Part shown: piece after piece, positions 17,841-23,505 of the stretch
How the letters are laid out: the number at the start of each line of letters is the position of its first letter
How positions within the stretch are numbered: position 1 is the stretch's first letter
From: Deltaproteobacteria bacterium
GTDB taxonomy: Bacteria > Desulfobacterota > Desulfobulbia > Desulfobulbales > Desulfobulbaceae
Length of the DNA: 24,000 nucleotides
Direction: 5' to 3'
Assembly: GCA_024278495.1 (NCBI GenBank)
Contig: JAJRTB010000219.1
Coordinates: forward strand, 3,286 to 27,285
Made by a program: the position numbers and the translations under genes
Notes under the pieces: generated by a model
Seen by the model: only the letters and a program-made list of their open reading frames with translations
What the model was told of the DNA's origin: nothing
The model's database searches: none

Positions 17841-18086
17841 ATGCGGCTTTTCATCCTTACTCTGCTTATTACCCTGGGAGTCATGCTCCTGTTCGTCTGG
17901 TTCTTCTCCTTGTGCCGCCGTAAGCTCCGGGGAACGCGGCACGGGTTGAGCGGCATGTGCCGTAAAACAGGCGGTTCCGTCTGTGCCGCCTGTCGGAAGA
18001 CGACGGCCAAGGGCGGGCCCGCTCCGGAGCGGACTGCCGGACAGGCCGAACAACATGTCACGGCGGAGGATGACGCCGAGGCCTGA
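17841..18086 (+). CDS. Small Cys-rich single-pass membrane protein, possible NqrM-like Na+-NQR maturation factor
   Basis: An AGGAG ribosome-binding site lies 5 nt upstream of ATG 17841. The N-terminal TM helix is LFILTLLITLGVMLLFVWFF. Four Cys follow (C25, C40, C48, C51, the last two as CAAC). Its position immediately after nqrF matches the general design of NqrM (DUF539), a small TM protein with 4 Cys. The Cys spacing differs from the Vibrio NqrM I remember. Confidence 0.45.
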   Translation: MRLFILTLLITLGVMLLFVWFFSLCRRKLRGTRHGLSGMCRKTGGSVCAACRKTTAKGGPAPERTAGQAEQHVTAEDDAEA

Positions 18087-18128
18087 ACGACCAAACAAGA
18101 ACTGTCATGTACCGGTCCTGAAGAGAAC

Positions 18129-18169
18129 TTGACAACGCCTCGCCCATCGCCTATCGTAGAGTAACGATA
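18129..18169 (+). promoter_or_regulatory. Candidate sigma70 promoter with an overlapping palindromic operator upstream of arsR
   Basis: TTGACA (18129-18134), then 17 nt, then TATCGT (18152-18157). The -10 hexamer is the left arm of the inverted repeat TATCGT-agagta-ACGATA (18152-18169). The AGAGG ribosome-binding site and ATG 18180 follow. Confidence 0.45.
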
Positions 18170-18179
18170 AAGAGGAACC

Positions 18180-18524
18180 ATGTATATTGAACCCGCGACC
18201 ACCACGGCGGCCGGTCCCGAAAAGACAACGCCCGGAGAGCTGGCAGGTCTGTGCAAGGCCCTGGGACATCCGGCCCGTATACAAATCCTGTACCACCTGC
18301 TCAGGGAGGACCGCTGTATCTGCGGCCGGATCGTCGAGGTCATGCCCCTGGCCCAGTCCACGGTCAGTCAGCACCTGAAGATACTCAAGGAAGCCGGCCT
18401 GGTCCAGGGCGAGGTCGAGGGGCCCAGCACCTGTTACTGCGTCAACCGGAAGACACTGGCCCGTCTCTGCGTCGCCATGTCCGACCTGTTGCACTGCGAG
18501 GGAAAAGATGAAAATAATCCATGA
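18180..18524 (+). CDS. arsR: ArsR/SmtB-family metalloregulatory transcription factor
   Basis: The winged-helix signature [14 protein letters not shown]...[30 protein letters not shown] is present. The CIC pair sits where the ArsR CVC metalloid-binding site lies in helix alpha3. Further Cys occur near the C-terminus (CYC, LCVAM, HCEG). Confidence 0.9.
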   Translation: MYIEPATTTAAGPEKTTPGELAGLCKALGHPARIQILYHLLREDRCICGRIVEVMPLAQSTVSQHLKILKEAGLVQGEVEGPSTCYCVNRKTLARLCVAMSDLLHCEGKDENNP

Positions 18525-19701
18525 ACAGCCGGAGCCGATACCGCTCCAACCGGCCGGCCAGTTCGGCTCGCCTCTTCCCGTCATCCCGGCCGACAGCGCT
18601 GATGACGCGCCCTGCTGAGGCCCCAGGCCCGATCCCAGGTCAGGGGTCCATGATCTGCCCGGTTACACGGTCAATCCCTTTGTCGATTCCTTTGTCGAAA
18701 CACCGGCGGGAGCGGTGCCCCGGGTCCGCACGACCTTAAGCCTGCGTGACCGCCTGGGTACCGTCAGGGCCCGCATCGGTATTGCCCGAAACCGGTACAA
18801 GATACATCCCGGTCTCTACTGCGTGGGCAATCCCGCGCCCGAATCACCGGTCCTGGTGACCGCCAACTACAAACTCAGTTTCGATGCCCTGCGCAAGGAA
18901 CTCAACGGGATCGACGCCTGGATCCTGGTGGCCGACACCCGGGGCATCAATGTCTGGTGTTCTGCCGGTAAAAAAACGTTTTCCCACGATGAAGTGGCCC
19001 TGCAGGTCAAGAGAGCGCGACTGGCCGAGATCGTCTCGCACCGGGAGCTGATCCTGCCCCAGCTTGCCGCGCCCGGCATAGCTGCCCACAAACTGAAAAA
19101 GGCCTGCGGTTTCAGGGGAATCTACGGCCCTGTACAGGCCCGGGACATTCCCCGTTTCCTGCACAACGACCGGCGGATCGGGGACGGTATGCGGGCCGTT
19201 ACCTTTACCTTCCGGGAGCGACTGGTCCTGGTCCCGGTGGAGATCGCCCTGGTCTGGAAACTTTTTCTGCTCGTGGTCATCGGGATGTTCGCCCTCTCGG
19301 GAATCGGCCCGGATCTCTTCTCGTGGCAGACAGCCCTGTCCAGGGGGATGCTGGCCGCCGGGGCCACGACCCTGGCCGTCCTCGCAGGCGCCCTGCTGAC
19401 CCCCGTCCTCCTGCCCTGGATTCCGGGCCGCCAGTTCTGGTTCAAGGGAGCCCTGGCCGGAGGATTTGCCGGTCTGCTCTATACCCTGACCGCCGCCGGA
19501 GAGACATCCCTCCCCGACCGGGCGGCCCTGCTGCTCTGGATCACGGCGGCCGCATCCTACATGGCCATGAACTTCACCGGCGCCACCCCCTTTACCTCGC
19601 TGTCCGGAGTCAAATACGAGATGCAGCGGGGCCTGGCCTTTCAGTGCATCGTCTCGGCCGTCGCCCTCATTCTCTGGCTGGCAGCCCCCTTTACCGGTTA
19701 A
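18508..19701 (+). CDS. hgcA: HgcA, the mercury-methylation corrinoid protein; the frame contains an in-frame TGA at 18616-18618 (candidate Sec, or a disruption)
   Basis: - Diagnostic cap-helix motif [13 protein letters not shown] (NVWCSAGK at 18949-18972).
- Flanking HgcA-typical segments are present: [57 protein letters not shown].
- Five C-terminal TM helices.
- The conserved N-terminal ...[22 protein letters not shown] is encoded upstream of the ORF-track GTG 18715, so that start is too short.
- Frame 1 has no ATG/GTG/TTG between 18619 and 18714, and is open from ATG 18508 (GAGGG ribosome-binding site) apart from the TGA.
- The minimal uninterrupted ORF is 18715..19701. Confidence 0.8.
18619..18648 (+). 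other. Hairpin immediately 3' of the in-frame TGA in hgcA (SECIS-like candidate)
   Basis: Hand-folded structure:
- 18619-18624 GGCCCC pairs with 18643-18648 GGGGTC (6 bp, one G-U).
- An A/A mismatch at 18625/18642.
- 18626-18629 GGCC pairs with 18638-18641 GGTC (4 bp, one G-U).
- The 8-nt loop is CGATCCCA (18630-18637), with G at loop position 2. Confidence 0.4.
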
Positions 19702-19731
19702 ACAAAACTTGCGGAGAGGAAACCAGGGAAT

Positions 19732-20024
19732 ATGAAAAGCTTCAGATATATCGACAACACCGCCATCCTCAGGCTGGACAGGGAGGCCTGCATCGGCTGC
19801 GGCAACTGCGTCACGGTCTGCCCGCACCGAATCTTTACCCTGGAGGCCAAAAGGCCGCAATCATTGATTACGACGCCTGCATGGAATGCGGCGCCTGCGC
19901 CCGCAACTGTCCGGCCGAGGCCATCTTTGTCAATCCGGACGACGGCTGCGGCTGTGCCGCCTACATTATCAACAGCTGGATATCAAAGCTGCGGGGCAAA
20001 CAGGTCAACGTCTGCAGCTGCTGA
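19732..20024 (+). pseudogene. hgcB: HgcB-like 2x[4Fe-4S] ferredoxin, split by a 1-nt frame change near 19843-19850 (pseudogene, assembly error or recoding)
   Basis: Frame 1 from ATG 19732 gives MKSFRYIDNTAILRLDREACIGCGNCVTVCPHRIFTLE, the first CxxCxxCxxxCP cluster. The collinear continuation is in frame 3: GQKAAIIDYDACMECGACARNCPAEAIFVNPDDGCGCAAYIINSWISKLRGKQVNVCSC, ending at TGA 20022-20024. Adding one G to CTGGAGGCC (19840-19848) would restore a 97-aa HgcB-sized protein. Confidence 0.75.
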
Positions 20025-20084
20025 CCCATTATCCAACGTGAACGTATCCCCCAGCCGAGCACTACGATACCGAACCAGGCCGCA

Positions 20085-20111
20085 AGTCAGATCCGTCTGA
20101 TTTGTTTTTTT
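20085..20111 (+). terminator. Rho-independent terminator after hgcB
   Basis: The stem AGTCAGA (20085-20091) pairs with TCTGATT (20096-20102), giving 7 bp including one G-U. The loop is TCCG. It is followed by TG and a run of 7 T (20105-20111). Confidence 0.6.
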
Positions 20112-20137
20112 ACGAATCCGACATACGAGAGAATGGC

Positions 20138-20590
20138 ATGAAATCTATCCCGAAACTCTTTCTTTTCAGCTTCTTTTTCCTTACCCTGACCTTTTCCGGA
20201 ACCATGGCTCAACAGGAGGAACGGTTTGTCAAACAGCTCAAGCTGTCCACCGGTGAAACAGTCGTTGTAACGGAGGGAGCATTTGAGGCGAGAAGCCTTG
20301 GCAGCTACAGCGTCCGGCTTTACGAGGCCAACAGCGACTCTCCCACAGATTTTTTTATCTGCGGCCTGGTCGCTTCCCGGGACGGCGGCGTTGAGAAGGT
20401 CATCACCCGCGACATTACCGGCGACGGAGTTGAGGAAATTATTGTTATTATTCGCTCGGCCGGCACCGGGGGATACCTGTCCGCCGATGCCCTGCAGTAT
20501 AATGACAGGCAGATCAGGATAATGCGCCGGGTCGCGGACCTGGCAAAAAACGCCGATCCGGTTGCGGCCCTGACAGAAGTCTCCAAATAG
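20138..20590 (+). CDS. Small secreted protein, possibly PliI-like (periplasmic inhibitor of I-type lysozyme); function tentative
   Basis: I place the start at ATG 20138, which gives the signal peptide MKSIPKLFLFSFFFLTLTFSGTMA|QQ. From memory the segment GETVVVTEGAFEARSLGSYSVRLY...DITGDGVEEIIVIIRSAGTGGY resembles the PliI family, with an FG-GAP-like DxDGDG stretch. The TTG start at 20102 in the ORF track is unlikely. Confidence 0.55.
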   Translation: MKSIPKLFLFSFFFLTLTFSGTMAQQEERFVKQLKLSTGETVVVTEGAFEARSLGSYSVRLYEANSDSPTDFFICGLVASRDGGVEKVITRDITGDGVEEIIVIIRSAGTGGYLSADALQYNDRQIRIMRRVADLAKNADPVAALTEVSK

Positions 20591-20658
20591 CACCTGCCCG
20601 GGAAGAACCCCTCCTTTCCGGTGAGGCCCCTTCCACTCCCGGACAGAGCCCCTTCTCT

Positions 20659-21855
20659 TCAGCCTTCATTTGTCACGGATTCACGGGTATTGTCTACCCT
20701 GTGGCCGGTGCGGATAAGGTGGGCGGCGGTCATGGTCAGGATCAGAACCACGACGCCGACATTGATAAATGACCAGGTCAGTCCCAGATAATCCATACTG
20801 AGCCCCGCGCCCAGGGCGCCGAGAAATATACCGCTGCTCATGGCCAGGCTGAAGACACCCATCATGGTTCCCTGGCCGTAATACCTGCCGTCCTGGGTGG
20901 CCAGGGCTCCGAGAACCGGCCAGATGACCGCCTCGCCCGTGCCGAGCAGCACAAAGAGGATAAGGAGCCCTGTAAAACTCCCGGCCAGGGGCACCAGGCA
21001 GATAACCCCGCTGACCAGCAGGCACCCGGAGCGCAGGAGCAGAACCTTGTCGTACCGATCCGCCATCCTGCCGCACGGGGTCTGCAGGAGAGCGTTGACC
21101 AGGGTCCGGCAGGCGATCACCATGCCTATCTGCAAAGCAGTGGCCGCGAACCACTGGTTCATGAGCAGAGGCAGAAAGGCCATGGTCGGCACCATGATAA
21201 TCATGGTGGCCATCCTGGCCAGCAGAATACCGCCGCTCCTTCTGCTGGAGACCATTCTGACCAGGGCGTTGAAAACGCCGTGGGGCGGCTGCCGGCGCGT
21301 CCCGCTTTCCATCACCGGCATCTTGACGAACACCAGCAGCATGGCCGTGCAGCTTAAAAGCGCCATGGCGTGAAAGGCGGATGCCATGCCCCAGAGATCC
21401 GTAAAGAAACCGCCGAAAAGCGGACCACCGCCGATCCCGAGAAAAATGGCGATATTGAGCATGCCCATGTAGCGACCTTCCTGCCCCAGGGGCGCCATGT
21501 CACCGACATAGGCCATGGCCACCGGCACGATCATGGCCGATCCCACCCCGTGAAAGGCCCGGATCAGAATCAGGCCGGAAACTGTCCCGGCTTCGGGCAA
21601 CAGCATCCCCACAAGGGCGTAGACCAGGAGACCCGTCACCAGGAACCATTTTCGGCCCCAGCGGTCCGACACTCCTCCGACAATGGGTTGCAGGATGCCG
21701 CGGCTGATTGAAAAGGCGGCGATAATCAGCCCCAGGGTAAAGCCGCTTGCCCCCAGGCTGACGGCAAAAACCGGCATGACCGGTATGATAATACCGACGC
21801 CGAACAGGGCCGTCATGACCGAGAGGAGCAAAATGGCGAGGATCTGCCGATTCAT
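20659..21855 (-). CDS. MFS transporter
   Basis: About 12 hydrophobic segments. The MFS motif A is present (GGVSDRWGRKWF). I place the start at ATG 21855 (MNRQILAILLLSVM...). The ORF-track extension to 22074 is Arg/Ser-rich, non-protein-like, and overlaps the 3' end of yceH. Confidence 0.85.
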   Translation of the reverse strand: MNRQILAILLLSVMTALFGVGIIIPVMPVFAVSLGASGFTLGLIIAAFSISRGILQPIVGGVSDRWGRKWFLVTGLLVYALVGMLLPEAGTVSGLILIRAFHGVGSAMIVPVAMAYVGDMAPLGQEGRYMGMLNIAIFLGIGGGPLFGGFFTDLWGMASAFHAMALLSCTAMLLVFVKMPVMESGTRRQPPHGVFNALVRMVSSRRSGGILLARMATMIIMVPTMAFLPLLMNQWFAATALQIGMVIACRTLVNALLQTPCGRMADRYDKVLLLRSGCLLVSGVICLVPLAGSFTGLLILFVLLGTGEAVIWPVLGALATQDGRYYGQGTMMGVFSLAMSSGIFLGALGAGLSMDYLGLTWSFINVGVVVLILTMTAAHLIRTGHRVDNTRESVTNEG

Positions 21856-21982
21856 GTCCGCCCGTCCACCGGTCCGACAGGCAGGCCTCTGAAGGCCCTG
21901 TTGACAGATGTCTCCATGAACAGCCGGAATCCGCCTTTCCCGGACAACCGCATGAGCGCTCCGGCCGGCGTGAGATGAAGGT

Positions 21983-22642
21983 TCACTCGAACTGCTGCCT
22001 GAAATCGAAGAAGGCCTGCCGCAGCTCGGCCAGTTCCCGGCGGATCGTCTGCAGTTCCTCTTCCAGGGCCGCAATCCTTGCGCTGCGTGAGATCATCGTG
22101 TCCGCCCCGGTATCATCCGATGGGGCGCCCCGCCGGAGTAGATCCTCAACAGCAGGAGGCTCTGCAAGCAGGTGACAAAACCTGCGCTCTTTTTGACCGG
22201 GTTGTCTCGCCATTTGCCTGGCCAGGTCCATTTCCTCAAGGCTCTGCATGGTCTCCGCCACCTCGTCGAGATCGCTGAAAGAGTACATTCTCACTGACCG
22301 GGATCGAAGCTGCCCCATGGTCTGGGGCCCACGGAGCAGAAGAAGACAGAGTACGGCCAGTTCGCGGGTCACGAGATTAAAGGTCTTGCCAAGCAGATGT
22401 CCGTACCTGGGAACCCGGGCCGCGTCGCTCTGGTAGACAAGGTGATTGGCCTTGAGTTCATCGAGAACATGGTGGACCGTATCCTCGTCATAGCTCACGA
22501 CCGGCTCCCGGTTTGACTTCTGGTTACAGGCGTTGAGCAAGGCCTTAAGCGACAGGGGGTAATATTCAGGGGTGGCCATCTCCTTTTCCAGCAGACAACC
22601 CAGGACCCGTATCTCTTCAGGGGTCAGGTCAAGATCAGCCAT
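21983..22642 (-). CDS. yceH: YceH-family protein (DUF480)
   Basis: It is collinear with E. coli YceH as I remember it: LTPEEIRVLGCLLEKEMATPEYYPLSLKALLNACNQKSNREPVVSY...LLLRGPQTMGQLRSRSVRMYSFSDL...QPGQKERRFCHLL, plus a C-terminal coiled coil. An AAGGAG ribosome-binding site lies 7 nt upstream of ATG 22642. The ORF-track extension to 22990 is rejected. Confidence 0.85.
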   Translation of the reverse strand: MADLDLTPEEIRVLGCLLEKEMATPEYYPLSLKALLNACNQKSNREPVVSYDEDTVHHVLDELKANHLVYQSDAARVPRYGHLLGKTFNLVTRELAVLCLLLLRGPQTMGQLRSRSVRMYSFSDLDEVAETMQSLEEMDLARQMARQPGQKERRFCHLLAEPPAVEDLLRRGAPSDDTGADTMISRSARIAALEEELQTIRRELAELRQAFFDFRQQFE

Positions 22643-22678
22643 TTCATTTCTCCTTGCAATGCCTATCCGTCCAAAAAA

Positions 22679-22708
22679 ATTGCGCCAGGAACAGGTTGTG
22701 GTATAGAA
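22679..22708 (+). promoter_or_regulatory. Candidate sigma70 promoter for the nitroreductase gene
   Basis: TTGCGC (22679-22684), then 16 nt ending in TGG (an extended -10 TGn), then TATAGA (22701-22706). TAGAAT with an 18-nt spacer is an alternative reading. A GAGGA ribosome-binding site precedes ATG 22743. Confidence 0.4.
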
Positions 22709-22742
22709 TACACCTGAATGTATACCGCAAAACGAGGAAATC

Positions 22743-23261
22743 ATGAACCCGAAACTCAATTTTATCTTCAGTCGACGCAGTATCCGGAAATTCACAGACA
22801 AGGATGTTCCGGAAGAGATGATCCGGGACCTGCTGGAAGCGGCTATGGCCGCGCCATCAGCGGTTGCCGGGGACCCGTGGCATTTTATCGTTCTTCGTGA
22901 GCGAACCGGAATCAACGCCCTGGCCGATGTCCTGCCCCACGGCCGGATGCTGCGCCAGGCCACTGCCGCCTTTGTGGTCTGCGGCGACATCGACCGGGCA
23001 CATGACCGGCAGGAATCCTACATGCTGCAGGACCTGAGCGCCGCGGTTGAAAACATCCTGCTGGCCGCAAACGTCCTGGGACTTGGCAGTTGCTGGCTGG
23101 GCATCCATCCCCGGACCGGGCGGATGAGTGATATCCGCGATCTCTTTGACCTGCCGCCAAACATCATTCCCATGTGCGGCATCGCCCTGGGCTGGCCCCG
23201 GGAAAGACCTGAAAGCCGCACCCGGTTTGATCCGGACAAGGTGCACTACGAACAGTGGTAA
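22743..23261 (+). CDS. Nitroreductase-family FMN oxidoreductase
   Basis: The N-terminal nitroreductase signature is present (RRSIRKFTDKDVPEEMIRDLLEAAMAAPSA). The rest is collinear (PWHFIVL, LQDLSAAVENILLAANVLGLGSCWLG, IALGWP). Confidence 0.85.
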   Translation: MNPKLNFIFSRRSIRKFTDKDVPEEMIRDLLEAAMAAPSAVAGDPWHFIVLRERTGINALADVLPHGRMLRQATAAFVVCGDIDRAHDRQESYMLQDLSAAVENILLAANVLGLGSCWLGIHPRTGRMSDIRDLFDLPPNIIPMCGIALGWPRERPESRTRFDPDKVHYEQW

Positions 23262-23278
23262 CCAGGGGGCCCGCAACC

Positions 23279-23340
23279 TAACTCGTCACAGGGTTTGAAA
23301 CTCTGCGATTTTACCTGCCCATAATTTGCAAGTGGCCAGG
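23279..23340 (+). repeat. Intergenic repeat module A, copy 2
   Basis: 55 of 62 positions are identical to 6929-6990, in the same orientation. It starts 18 nt after the nitroreductase stop. Confidence 0.85.
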
Positions 23341-23402
23341 CCAGCACGCAGGATCAGATCACTGACAAAACGGTTCACCCAATGCTGCGGGCGGGACGCC
23401 CC

Positions 23403-23434
23403 CTCCACCGCAGGTGAACGCTCACGGATCCAGG
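23403..23434 (+). repeat. Intergenic repeat module B, copy 2
   Basis: 29 of 32 positions are identical to 5652-5683, in the same orientation, with a 22-nt exact core GGTGAACGCTCACGGATCCAGG. It ends 16 nt upstream of the -35 hexamer at 23451. Confidence 0.85.
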
Positions 23435-23450
23435 TAAATACCAGAAAAAT

Positions 23451-23479
23451 TTGACACCTACAGGGTAGGACTATACAAT
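23451..23479 (+). promoter_or_regulatory. Strong sigma70-type promoter for the Cache-domain sensor gene
   Basis: TTGACA (23451-23456), then exactly 17 nt, then TACAAT (23474-23479). It lies 27-57 nt upstream of the two candidate start codons. Confidence 0.6.
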
Positions 23480-23505
23480 GGCGTAGACTTTTGCTTCAAA
23501 ATAAG

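Noticed and set aside
18521-18739. A 72-aa frame-2 ORF between arsR and hgcA ([15 protein letters not shown]...).
   Set aside because: Its Arg/Ser/Pro-rich off-frame composition is not protein-like, and it ends inside the conserved HgcA N-terminal coding region. Only its internal ATG 18650 matters, as an alternative explanation for the hgcA start problem.
19843-19854. Programmed -1 ribosomal frameshift as the explanation for the hgcB frame change.
   Set aside because: The required shift is -1, but there is no X-XXY-YYZ slippery heptamer. In GCC-AAA-AGG a -1 slip of tRNA-Lys would land on CAA. The A-run followed by AGG would favour +1, which leads to the wrong frame. A simple 1-nt indel is more parsimonious.
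20598-20621. An 8-bp hairpin (CCGGGAAG / CTTTCCGG) between the convergent secreted-protein and MFS genes, as a bidirectional terminator.
   Set aside because: There is no T-run on either strand next to the stem, so I cannot support an intrinsic terminator call.
22699-22725. A 6-bp inverted repeat GGTATA-N15-TATACC in the yceH/nitroreductase divergent region, as a possible operator.
   Set aside because: It is short and AT-rich, overlaps the candidate -10 region, and is expected by chance at this length. There is no second line of evidence.
21856-22990. Long ORF-track extensions of the MFS gene (to 22074) and of yceH (to 22990).
   Set aside because: The extensions are Arg/Ser-rich and overlap neighbouring genes or intergenic DNA. 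Homology-consistent starts exist at 21855 and at 22642, the latter with an AAGGAG ribosome-binding site.
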